DNA of 64,000 nucleotides from the NCBI GenBank assembly GCA_016203665.1, contig JACQMJ010000004.1, positions 68,214 through 132,213 on the forward strand. Reading direction: 5' to 3'. This DNA comes from Candidatus Sungiibacteriota bacterium. GTDB taxonomy: Bacteria; Patescibacteriota; Minisyncoccia; Sungbacterales; SURF-37. The notes under the pieces are model-generated. The model ran no database searches, was not told where the DNA came from, and saw only the letters and a program-made list of their open reading frames with translations. A program made the position numbers and the translations under genes. Within the stretch, counting starts at the first letter, position 1. Every line of letters begins with the position of its first letter. Of the stretch, positions 51,823 through 60,627 are shown piece by piece.

Positions 51823-52542
51823 ATGGCCGGCCATTCCCGTTGGGCTCAAGTTAAACATAAAAAAGCAGGCGCGGACGCCAGACGCAGCGCCCTCTTTTCC
51901 AAGCTCGGCCGCTTGATTGCCGCCGCGGCGCGCGAAGGCGGTGCGGATCCGGCTGCCAACGCAAAACTCCGTGCCGCCGTGGACCAGGCGCGCTCGGCCG
52001 GCCTGCCCAAGGACAACATTGATCGCGCCATTGCCCGGGCGGACGGTGCCAACGCTGCGGCGCTCGTCAGCCGCGACTATGAAGCCTACGGCCCGGGCGG
52101 GAGCGCCTTCCTAATCCAGACGGTCACAGACAACCCGAACCGCACGACGAACGACCTGAAAGCGATTCTCACTGACCATGGCGGCAAGCTTGCCGCCGCC
52201 GGGAGCGTGGCGTGGCAGTTTGAACGCGCCAGCATCGCCGCTTATCCACTGCCCGCGCCGGAAGAGCAAGATGCGGCAACAATGGCGCTCATTGATGCCG
52301 GTGCAACGGATATTGACGCCAGCGGGAAAGACCTCTTGGCCCGCGTCCCGCCGGAATCGCTTGAGGCCTTCCTCCGGGCCGCGGCCCGCGCGGGGCTGGT
52401 TCCGGAACACACCGAAACGCTCATGGCAGCACGCTCAACCGTAGCGCTTGATGCGGCGGCACTCGGCAAGGCGCGGGCCCTCATGGACGCCCTAGAAGAT
52501 CACCCTGATGTCACGACGGTCTATAATAATATCCAACCCTAA
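51823..52542 (+). CDS. yebC: YebC/PmpR family DNA-binding regulator
   Basis: MAGHSRWAQVKHKKAGADARRSALFSKLGRLI. Confidence 0.93.
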   Translation: MAGHSRWAQVKHKKAGADARRSALFSKLGRLIAAAAREGGADPAANAKLRAAVDQARSAGLPKDNIDRAIARADGANAAALVSRDYEAYGPGGSAFLIQTVTDNPNRTTNDLKAILTDHGGKLAAAGSVAWQFERASIAAYPLPAPEEQDAATMALIDAGATDIDASGKDLLARVPPESLEAFLRAAARAGLVPEHTETLMAARSTVALDAAALGKARALMDALEDHPDVTTVYNNIQP

Positions 52543-53030
52543 TGGCGCCGCTTACCGTTGCCGGCATTGATCCCGGCACGACCCGTATTGGGTATGCCCT
52601 GGTCCGGCGGGACGCCAACGGCGCATCGCTCCTTTGCGCCGAAACCATTGCCGTGCCGGGGCTCGGCGGAGCGGGCGAACGCCTGGCATATCTTTCGCGC
52701 TCTCTTGGCAAGCGGTTGCGGCGCGATCGGCCGAATGCCGTCGCCGTCGAGAAGCTCTACTTCTCCAGGAACGCAAAAACGGCGCTGGCCGTGGCCGAGG
52801 CGCGGGGGATAATTCTCTTGACAGCGCATAAGCTCGTCCCTAGCATTTGGGAATATGCGCCGCTCACGGTGAAGCTTGCCGTGACCGGATACGGCCGCGC
52901 CGACAAGGCCCATGTGCACCGGGCGGTACGCCTAGCCCTACCGGGCGCGCGCTTGCCGAATGGCGACGACGCCATTGACGCCATCGCCATCGCACTCACG
53001 GCCATCCACACCAGGCGCATCACCGCATAG
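52542..53030 (+). CDS. ruvC: crossover junction endodeoxyribonuclease RuvC
   Basis: VAGIDPGTTRIGYALV...AVEKLYF...GYGRADKAHV...DAIDAIAIAL. Confidence 0.92.
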   Translation: MAPLTVAGIDPGTTRIGYALVRRDANGASLLCAETIAVPGLGGAGERLAYLSRSLGKRLRRDRPNAVAVEKLYFSRNAKTALAVAEARGIILLTAHKLVPSIWEYAPLTVKLAVTGYGRADKAHVHRAVRLALPGARLPNGDDAIDAIAIALTAIHTRRITA

Positions 53031-53107
53031 GCGCACTATCCACTGTAAATCGAGTTAATAAAAAGGTCGAAAGATTGAAGGGAACCTAATATCGGTATGA
53101 CCCGACC

Positions 53108-53257
53108 ATGACGCTCCTGTTGGATGATGCACTGCGCTCCCCGATCGTAGCCCAGGATGAGGAAAGCGACGCGGACGAGGAAGTGATCGAACCCGAAGAG
53201 GAAGACGGGGAAGAAGGACTGGAAGCGGCGGGCGAGGACGAGAGCGACGAAATGTAA
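53108..53257 (+). CDS. small highly acidic ORF (hypothetical)
   Basis: 49 aa: MTLLLDDALRSPIVAQDEESDADEEVIEPEEEDGEEGLEAAGEDESDEM. It is below the track's size cutoff, has no clear SD, and is followed by a terminator. Confidence 0.3.
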   Translation: MTLLLDDALRSPIVAQDEESDADEEVIEPEEEDGEEGLEAAGEDESDEM

Positions 53258-53265
53258 GTTATCTT

Positions 53266-53299
53266 AAAAAGCCCCGGCGCGCCTGCGCGCCGGGGCTTT
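53266..53299. terminator. bidirectional intrinsic terminator (end of tyrS and of the acidic ORF)
   Basis: gccccggcgcg-cctg-cgcgccggggc is an 11-bp stem with an A-run and a T-run flanking it. Confidence 0.8.
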
Positions 53300-53323
53300 C
53301 AATACGCCGCGAACCGAGGGCGC

Positions 53324-54508
53324 CTAGCGCACTCGGAAAAACCTCCTCTTGCCGAGGCGTATAATACTCCCCGGGCGCAGGTGCGCCGTCTCGGCCGCAC
53401 TCTTGAGCTTATGCCCGTCCACCTCCACTGCACCCTGCATAAGGAGCCGCCGCGCCGCGGAGCGGGATGGTGCCCCGGGAAGCGCGGTTACCAAATCAAG
53501 CCCGCGGTGCATTCCCGGCTTGAGGCCTAGGACAGGCAGGCCGGCGCCGGCCTCGCGCCGGGAAAAGAGACGTATAAAGGATTCCCGGGCGACCCGGGCG
53601 GTCCCGGCGCCGTGGTAGCGCCTGACCACGGCCTCGGCAACATCGAGCTTGATGTCGCGCGGGTTCTCGCGGCGCGCCATCCGCCGGCGTATCGCGCCCA
53701 GCGCCGGCGCTGACAGCCAAGCGGCCAGCTCGGCGTAGTTTGGGATAAGGCGGTCGGGAATGGCCATGATTTTGCCGAACACGTCTTCGGCGCTGTCATT
53801 CAAGTTGATGGTGTTGCCGGCGGTTTTGGACATCTTCTGCGTCCCATCAAGACCGATGAGGTAGGGCAGGAGCACGAGGTCCTGGGGGATGCGGCCGAGC
53901 TTCGAGTGCAGCTCGCGGCCGGCGAGGAGGTTCAGCTTCTGGTCCAGCGACCCGAGCTCGACGTCGGCGCGCACCACAACGGAATCGTACGCCTGGAGCA
54001 CGGGGTACATGGCCTCATGGAGCCCGACGCCCTTCCCGGCGCGGAGGCGTTTTTGAAAATCCTCGCGCTCAATGGCCGCGCGGAGCGGGAAGTGCATCAA
54101 AATATTCAGGAATTCACCGAGCCGCATCTTTGAGAACCACTCACTGTTGTGGCGCACTTCGGCCCGCTTGAGGTCAAGGATGCGCCCGATCTGACGGCGG
54201 TAGGTGCGCTCGTTGGCCTTGGCTTCGGCCGGCGTCATGGCGCGGCGCGCGGCGGACTTGCCCGCGGGGTCGCCGATCCGGGCGGTGAAATCGCCGATGA
54301 TGAGCACGGCGCGATGGCCGGCATCCTGGAAGGCGCGCAGCATCAGGAGCGGCACGACGTGGCCGAGGTGGAGGTCGGGCGTGGTCGGATCAATGCCCAA
54401 CTTCACGCGGAGATTCTGACGCCGGGCGAGCTTTCCCCGCAGGCTCGCCGCATCAATGATCTCCGCACTCCGCGAACGCACCAAGGCGAAAATATTCTGG
54501 GACGGCAT
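53324..54508 (-). CDS. tyrS: tyrosine--tRNA ligase
   Basis: HIGH region DLHLGHVVPL, KMSKS as KMSKTAGN, and a C-terminal S4-like domain. Confidence 0.94.
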   Translation of the reverse strand: MPSQNIFALVRSRSAEIIDAASLRGKLARRQNLRVKLGIDPTTPDLHLGHVVPLLMLRAFQDAGHRAVLIIGDFTARIGDPAGKSAARRAMTPAEAKANERTYRRQIGRILDLKRAEVRHNSEWFSKMRLGEFLNILMHFPLRAAIEREDFQKRLRAGKGVGLHEAMYPVLQAYDSVVVRADVELGSLDQKLNLLAGRELHSKLGRIPQDLVLLPYLIGLDGTQKMSKTAGNTINLNDSAEDVFGKIMAIPDRLIPNYAELAAWLSAPALGAIRRRMARRENPRDIKLDVAEAVVRRYHGAGTARVARESFIRLFSRREAGAGLPVLGLKPGMHRGLDLVTALPGAPSRSAARRLLMQGAVEVDGHKLKSAAETAHLRPGSIIRLGKRRFFRVR

Positions 54509-54537
54509 GAGGCGACGATAGCACGAGCGCGGCCGGG

Positions 54538-54566
54538 TTCCAACCGGCCGGAGGCCGTGGTATACT
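54538..54566 (+). promoter_or_regulatory. promoter-like TTCCAA-17 nt-TATACT, 10 nt upstream of the PBP start codon
   Basis: TTCCAA at 54538-54543 and TATACT at 54561-54566. No SD lies before the GTG at 54577. Confidence 0.45.
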
Positions 54567-54576
54567 CCCGGCTACC

Positions 54577-57117
54577 GTGCGCGATTTCTCGAAGCACCCG
54601 CGTCGTCCCCGCACCACCACCCTGCGACGGCTCTTCCGGCTCGCCGTTTTTGTCTTCATCTTCGGAGCGGCGGGCGCGGGTGCGTTCGCCGCCCTCACCC
54701 TTCGTTCTCTGCCCTCACCCGATGAATTCTTCGCCCGCCGCGTCGTGCAGTCGACGAAAATCTACGACCGCTCAGGGAGCGTACTCCTCTACGAGGTCCG
54801 CGGCGAGGAGCGGCGCACCGTCGTGCCGTTCGGCGAGATACCGGCGGCGGTGAAGAACGCGACCGTCGCGGCCGAGGATGCGAACTTTTACCGGCACGCC
54901 GGCGTGGACCTCCGCGGCATCCTCCGCGCTTTCCTCACCGACCTTATTACCCGCGACTTCCGCCAGGGCGGCTCGACCATTACCCAACAGCTTGTTAAAA
55001 ACGCCCTGCTCGGCCGCGAGCGCACCATCACCCGTAAGCTCCGCGAGGCCGTCTACGCCATCGCGCTCGAATCACGGCTGCCCAAGGACGACATCCTGAA
55101 TCTCTACCTGAATCAGATCCCCTACGGCTCCAACGCCTACGGCGTCGAGGCCGCGGCCCAGATCTACTTCGGGAAGCACGCCCGCGACCTCACGCTCCGC
55201 GAGTCAAGCCTGCTCGCCGCCCTGCCGGTCGCGCCCTCCTACTACTCACCCTACGGCCCGCACCGCGACGAACTGCTCCGCCGCGCCGACTATATCCTCG
55301 GCCGCATGGCCGAGCTCGGCTATGTGAGCGCATCCGAGTCGGCCGCGGCGCGGAGCGATAAGCTCGCACTCCTCCCCGCTGCGAAGAACATCCGCGCTCC
55401 GCACTTTGTCATGCTCGTGCGCGACTACCTCGCGGCGCGCTACGGCGAAGAGGAGGTCGAGTCGGGCGGGCTTGTCGTCACCACCACCCTTGACTGGGGA
55501 CTCCAGGAGAAGGCCGAGGAGATCGTCCGCGACTACGCCGAGCAAAACGAGCGCACTATCAAAAGCGCCAACATGGCCCTTGTCGCTCTTGACCCCAAAA
55601 CCGGCCAGATCCTGGCCTTGGTCGGCTCGCGCGGCTGGACAAGCGCCGGACTCGAGGATCCGCTCCCCGCCGGCTGCACGCCCGGCAAAAACTGCCGCCT
55701 TGACCCGTACGTCAATGCCGCGATCAGCCTGCGCCAGCCGGGCTCGGCCTTCAAGCCTTTTGTCTACGCCACGGCCTTTGCCAAGGGCCTCCAACCGGAA
55801 ACCGCACTCTTTGACGTACCGACGGAATTCAATCCCGCCTGCCCGGCCGACGGCTCGGGTGTTGCCCCGCCCTGCTACCACCCCGGCAACTATGACGAGA
55901 GTTTCCGCGGGCCGGTGACCCTCCGCCAGGCGCTGGCCCAGTCACTGAATGTGCCCTCGGTGAAGGTGCTCTACCTCGCCGGAATCAACGACTCCATTGC
56001 CACGGCCCAAGCCGCCGGCATCACCACGCTCACTGCCCCTGACCGCTACGGACTATCGCTCGTGCTCGGCGGCGCCGAGGTAAAGCTCCTTGAACTCACG
56101 AGCGCCTATGGCGTACTCGCGGCCGACGGCGTCAAAAACGCCCCAACCCCCGTCCTTGCGGTCAAGGACGCCTCCGGCCAGACGCTCGAGGAGTTTAAGG
56201 GCCAAGCGCAGCCGGCCGTTGACCCGGAGATTGCCCGGCTTGTCTCCGACGTCCTCTCCGACAACGAGGCCCGCATCCCGCTGTTCCAGCCGCGCTCCTC
56301 GCTCTATTTCGAGGGCCGCCGCGTGGCCGCGAAGACCGGCACGACCCAGGACTTCCGCGACGCCTGGACCGTCGGCTACACGCCCGCCATTGTCGTGGGC
56401 GTGTGGGCCGGCAACAACGATAACTCCGAGATCCGCCAGAAGGGCTCGGGCGTGCTCGCCGCCGCGCCGGCCTGGCACGCCTTCATGGAATTTGCTTTAG
56501 CGGCGTTTCCGCCGGAGGAACTCCCTATACCGGCCCCGCGCGACGTCACCAAACCGGTCCTGGCCGGAGTGTGGCAGGGCGATAGCGTAATCGCCGTTGA
56601 CAGCGTGTCGGGCAAACGCGCCACCGACCTTACCCCGCCCGAAACAAGGCGCTTGGTCGGCTTTGGCACGCCGCATGACCCGCTCTACTGGATCGACCGC
56701 GCCGACATCACCGGCCCGCCGCCGGCCGACCCGTCATCCGACCCGCAATACCGGAACTGGGAGGCGGCCTTCGGGCGCTGGCTGGCTTCATCAGGCTTCC
56801 AGCCGCGCAATCCCTCAAGCGCCCCGGCCGGCACGGACGACGTGCATATCCCCGAAAAGCGGCCGCGCCTCACTGTTGAGAAAAAATCGCAAAGCGCCGA
56901 CGCCCTCACTCTCGAGGTCGCGGTGGATGCGCCCTTCGGCCTGCGTGAGGTTTCCCTCCTTTCGGGCGAGCGCGTGCTGGAATCACGCCGCCAGCCGTCC
57001 TCGCCGCTATACTTCAGCCTGCCCCTCAGCGGGACCGCTGCGCCGAGCGGCGCAGTTGAAGTGCGCGCCTACGATCTTGTCGGCAACATCGGCAGCGCCA
57101 TCGTACCGCTGCCTTGA
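54577..57117 (+). CDS. class A penicillin-binding protein (glycosyltransferase and transpeptidase)
   Basis: GT51 motifs are VAAEDANFYRHAGVD and GGSTITQQLVKN. Transpeptidase motifs are SAFKP, SLN and KTGT. It has an N-terminal TM anchor and a GTG start. Confidence 0.93.
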   Translation: MRDFSKHPRRPRTTTLRRLFRLAVFVFIFGAAGAGAFAALTLRSLPSPDEFFARRVVQSTKIYDRSGSVLLYEVRGEERRTVVPFGEIPAAVKNATVAAEDANFYRHAGVDLRGILRAFLTDLITRDFRQGGSTITQQLVKNALLGRERTITRKLREAVYAIALESRLPKDDILNLYLNQIPYGSNAYGVEAAAQIYFGKHARDLTLRESSLLAALPVAPSYYSPYGPHRDELLRRADYILGRMAELGYVSASESAAARSDKLALLPAAKNIRAPHFVMLVRDYLAARYGEEEVESGGLVVTTTLDWGLQEKAEEIVRDYAEQNERTIKSANMALVALDPKTGQILALVGSRGWTSAGLEDPLPAGCTPGKNCRLDPYVNAAISLRQPGSAFKPFVYATAFAKGLQPETALFDVPTEFNPACPADGSGVAPPCYHPGNYDESFRGPVTLRQALAQSLNVPSVKVLYLAGINDSIATAQAAGITTLTAPDRYGLSLVLGGAEVKLLELTSAYGVLAADGVKNAPTPVLAVKDASGQTLEEFKGQAQPAVDPEIARLVSDVLSDNEARIPLFQPRSSLYFEGRRVAAKTGTTQDFRDAWTVGYTPAIVVGVWAGNNDNSEIRQKGSGVLAAAPAWHAFMEFALAAFPPEELPIPAPRDVTKPVLAGVWQGDSVIAVDSVSGKRATDLTPPETRRLVGFGTPHDPLYWIDRADITGPPPADPSSDPQYRNWEAAFGRWLASSGFQPRNPSSAPAGTDDVHIPEKRPRLTVEKKSQSADALTLEVAVDAPFGLREVSLLSGERVLESRRQPSSPLYFSLPLSGTAAPSGAVEVRAYDLVGNIGSAIVPLP

Positions 57118-57153
57118 AAATTCCAAATCACAAATCACAAAACACAAAACAGT

Positions 57154-58254
57154 TCATACCGACCGGATCGGCATCACTAGGTAGCGATAGGAGCTGTCGC
57201 CGGGGTTTGAGATGAGCGTGGGGCCGGAGACGCCGTTCAGGGAAAGGAGGATGTTCTCGCCGCCGGCCGCCGCGAGGCCGTCGGAGAAGTAGCGGTAATT
57301 GAATACAGCCGAACCTGAAGCTCCGCGCCCCTTGACCGGGAGGCGGGCGCGGGTACTGCCGGTTTCAGCATTGTCGGTCGCGACCTCCAGTTCGGTGGGT
57401 GAGAAGCGGAGCGTGACGTCGTTCAGGCGACTTGAGAAAACCGCGGCCATGCGGATCTTCTCCATGAGATCAATGCGGCTCACGAGAAGCGTAGTTTCGT
57501 AGGCGGCGGGAATGATGGCGCGGTAGGGCGGGTAGGTGCCGTCAACGAGCCGCGATAGGATCCGCGTGCCGCCCCACTCGAACACCGCCTGATGCTCGCC
57601 GATGCTCACCCGGACATCGCCGCCCTCCTCTGCGGCGAGGCTGCGGAAAAGTTCCTGGGTCGTGCGCAAGGGAACGATACAGGCGAGTTCCTCCCGGATA
57701 CCCGGGTGATCGGTCATAGTCTGCTCGGCGAGACGGAAGGAATCCGTTGCCGCGAGAGTGAGGGTGGCTGGCGCAGTTGAGAGAAGCACGCCTGAAAGCT
57801 CGGGTTTTAGGTCGGAAGTTGCGGCTGCCGGCAAAACTCGCTCCAAAGCTCCAGTGAATTCCTGGGCTGGCACGGAGAATGTATATTCACGCTTTATTAC
57901 AGGGAGAGTTGGAAAATCATTATGATTCAAGCTCACTATGGTTACATCTGCTGTCGGCGTGTGGAGAATAATTTGCTGTGCCCTCGCCTCTAAAGTGATA
58001 GTATCGTCGCGGATGGTGGTAAGAAGTTGGGTGAATGGTTTTGCGGGGATGACGGCCGCACCGGCTTTCTGCACCTTGCCGGGCACGTGGCGTTCAATAC
58101 CGATCTCAAGGTTTGTTGCGGTAAAAATAATTTTCTTATCATCAGCTCGACAAAGAATATAAGACAAAATAGGGAGGGTAATGTGCCGCCCGGTAAACCT
58201 TTCCACAACCGCAACCACTGATCGGAGATTTTCTGTTGTACACGTAATTTTCAT
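57154..58254 (-). CDS. dnaN: DNA polymerase III beta subunit (sliding clamp)
   Basis: 366 aa, three-domain clamp pattern, positioned directly downstream of dnaA. Confidence 0.92.
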   Translation of the reverse strand: MKITCTTENLRSVVAVVERFTGRHITLPILSYILCRADDKKIIFTATNLEIGIERHVPGKVQKAGAAVIPAKPFTQLLTTIRDDTITLEARAQQIILHTPTADVTIVSLNHNDFPTLPVIKREYTFSVPAQEFTGALERVLPAAATSDLKPELSGVLLSTAPATLTLAATDSFRLAEQTMTDHPGIREELACIVPLRTTQELFRSLAAEEGGDVRVSIGEHQAVFEWGGTRILSRLVDGTYPPYRAIIPAAYETTLLVSRIDLMEKIRMAAVFSSRLNDVTLRFSPTELEVATDNAETGSTRARLPVKGRGASGSAVFNYRYFSDGLAAAGGENILLSLNGVSGPTLISNPGDSSYRYLVMPIRSV

Positions 58255-58461
58255 AATAAGTTGAATATAGTTGTTGTTATTGGGTTGCGGAATGTGTGTA
58301 AAAGCCTTAAAAGTATTTGTTATTTAATATTTTTTTCTCTATAGCGGGTGGTGTTGTTATGGAATGAAAAGTGGATAGGTATGGAGTAAAGAGTAATGAA
58401 TTTTTAAGTAGGATATTTTATTTACATCCTGTGCTTTGGAAATAAGCTTTTTATCCACACG
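58255..58461. other. candidate oriC segment (AT-rich unwinding region plus DnaA boxes) between dnaA and dnaN
   Basis: This is the most AT-rich stretch in the window. A perfect DnaA box TTATCCACA is at 58451-58459, and a 7/9 box (agtggatag) is at 58370-58379. A further 7/9 box, tgtggagat, lies upstream of dnaA at 59961-59969. Confidence 0.7.
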
Positions 58462-59877
58462 CTATACCGGTGGTGTATATATTTTTTCTTTAAGTGTTTT
58501 TAGTTCACCGTCGAGTTCGGGGTGGGCGATAAGGTCGGCGGTGATTTTTTTATAGGCGTGGATGGCGGTCGTGTGATCCTTTTTGCCGAGCTTCTCACCA
58601 ATGAACGGGAAGGAGCACTTAAGCTCCTCCCGGAGGAGGTACATGGCTATCTGGCGGGGTTTTACAATCTCCTTGCGGCGGCTGCGGTTGATGATATCTT
58701 TCTCGGTGACGTCATAGAATTCAGCTACGGTGCGGATGATCTTCTTCGGTGAGATGAAGCGCCGCGGCGCGCCGGACACTTGTGATAGGATGCGCTTCGT
58801 TTCTTCGACGTCGGGCGGGGCAGCGGCCATGGTGGTGCGCAGCAGCAGGCGGTTCAGCGCCCCCTCGAGTTCGCGGATGTTTGATTTTACAGTCCTGGCG
58901 ACGTACTCAAGCACGTCATCGGGAAGGGTGAGATTCTTTCCCTTAAGCTTGGATTTTAGGATGGCGAGGCGCGTCTCGAAGTCCGGCTCGCCGATGTCGG
59001 CGATCATGCCGCCCTCGAAGCGTGAGCGCAGGCGCTGTTCGAGCGTCGGGATGGCCGCCGGCGGCTTGTCGGAGGAGATAATGATCTGCTTGTTGCGCTC
59101 GTAGAGGGCATTGAAGGCATAGAAGAATTCCTCCTGCATCTTCTCGGTGCGGGCGATGAACTGGATGTCGTCCATAATAAGGAGGTCGACGCTGCGGTAG
59201 CGCTCCTTTAGTTGGTTCATGGTCTTAGTGTTGATGGCGTCGACGATCTCTCCCATAAACTTCTCGGAAGGTACGTAGCGCACCTTCGCCTCCGGTCGCT
59301 GCTTTAACACCTCATTGCCGATGGCCTGGATGAGGTGCGTTTTGCCGAGCCCCACGCCGCCGTAGATGAAGAGGGGGTTATAGGTGAGGCCGGGGTTCTT
59401 CACCACTGCCTGGGCCGCGACTGCGGCGAGTTCATTGAACGAGCCGACGACGAAGCTCTCGAAGAGGTAGCGCGGGTTCAGCCCGCTCTCCGGGTCGGCC
59501 GCCCCCTCACGGAGCTCAAGGCGCTCCTGCGGTTCGAGGAACGCCGGCCGCGGGTTCAGCCGGGCCTTGGGCCGCGCCGCCGCGGGTCGGTCAAGCGCAC
59601 CGACGACGTAGTTCACATCACGGGTCTCGACGAGGAGGTTCCGGAGGCAGCGCAGGATCACGCGGTGGTACTTGTCCTGCAGCCAGTTCTTAGCAAATCC
59701 GTTCGGAACCGAGACGGTGACCACGCCGTCCGCAATGTCGGCGATGGCCGTTTCCTGGAACCAAGTAACAAAGCTCGCCCGTGAGGTGGTGAGCTCGATC
59801 TCCGCGAGCACGCTCTTCCAGACCTCGGCCCGGTCGAGGAGGGAGTTGGCGCGGACAGGTTCGTTGGGTGGCGGCAT
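58462..59877 (-). CDS. dnaA: chromosomal replication initiator protein DnaA
   Basis: AAA+ core is NPLFIYGGVGLGKTHL. The C-terminal DNA-binding domain is ...IAMYLLREELKCSFPFIGEKLGKKDHTTAIHAYKKI. Confidence 0.97.
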   Translation of the reverse strand: MPPPNEPVRANSLLDRAEVWKSVLAEIELTTSRASFVTWFQETAIADIADGVVTVSVPNGFAKNWLQDKYHRVILRCLRNLLVETRDVNYVVGALDRPAAARPKARLNPRPAFLEPQERLELREGAADPESGLNPRYLFESFVVGSFNELAAVAAQAVVKNPGLTYNPLFIYGGVGLGKTHLIQAIGNEVLKQRPEAKVRYVPSEKFMGEIVDAINTKTMNQLKERYRSVDLLIMDDIQFIARTEKMQEEFFYAFNALYERNKQIIISSDKPPAAIPTLEQRLRSRFEGGMIADIGEPDFETRLAILKSKLKGKNLTLPDDVLEYVARTVKSNIRELEGALNRLLLRTTMAAAPPDVEETKRILSQVSGAPRRFISPKKIIRTVAEFYDVTEKDIINRSRRKEIVKPRQIAMYLLREELKCSFPFIGEKLGKKDHTTAIHAYKKITADLIAHPELDGELKTLKEKIYTPPV

Positions 59878-60043
59878 AGAGGAAGGAGTTCGGACTTTAC
59901 TATAGCGAGCACTGCGACAGCCGCAAAAGGAGCGCTGAAGTTAAAAACATGTTAAGAACCTGTGGAGATGATTTTTTCCTCCGGCCGGCGGTTGCGGCAA
60001 CGATGTGAGCGGGTATACTAACGGGGTAAGCAGCGTTAAAACC

Positions 60044-60178
60044 ATGAAACAGACCTATCAACCAAAGCGTCGGCGGCGGGCGCGGGTGCACGGCTTCCGT
60101 CGAAGGTCGGCCACGCCCTCCGGCCGGAGAGTGCTGGCCCGCCGGCGCGCCAAGGGCCGCCGTCGCCTTACGGTGTGA
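60044..60178 (+). CDS. rpmH: 50S ribosomal protein L34
   Basis: 44 aa, [44 protein letters not shown]. Not in the track because it is under 60 aa. Confidence 0.93.
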   Translation: MKQTYQPKRRRRARVHGFRRRSATPSGRRVLARRRAKGRRRLTV

Positions 60179-60179
60179 C

Positions 60180-60539
60180 ATGACGCTTCCCCGGACAATG
60201 CGCTTCTCCGGCCGGTCGGAGGTGCGTGCGCTGGCGCGCCGAGGCCGCCGCTTTGAAACGGAGCTCGGCAAGATTGTCTGGGGCCGCACGTCCAGTCCAG
60301 CGGCGGCCCGCCTACTCTTTATTATCTCCACCCGCGTGGCCAAACGCAGTACCGAGCGTAACCGCATCCGGAGGCAGCTAGGCGAGTCCTTCCGGCGCGA
60401 GTGGGCCGCTGTGCCGTTTCCGGCGGCGGTCATGGTATACGTGCATCCGGCCGTTGTCGCAATGCCGGGATCCCAGCGCCGGGCACTGGCCGCAGCACTC
60501 GCCCAGCGCCTGCGCCGCGTTTGTTTGTCTAGCGTATGA
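60180..60539 (+). CDS. rnpA: ribonuclease P protein component
   Basis: Basic 119-aa ORF directly after rpmH, with the RNR-type motif KRSTERNRIRRQL. Confidence 0.88.
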   Translation: MTLPRTMRFSGRSEVRALARRGRRFETELGKIVWGRTSSPAAARLLFIISTRVAKRSTERNRIRRQLGESFRREWAAVPFPAAVMVYVHPAVVAMPGSQRRALAAALAQRLRRVCLSSV

Positions 60540-60627
60540 TGCCACCACTACCCGTCAATCTAGACTCCGGCAGTGTTTCGTGGTGCTCCTGTCCCAGCCT
60601 TTTCTGCGCCGGCCGTATCACTCGCCT

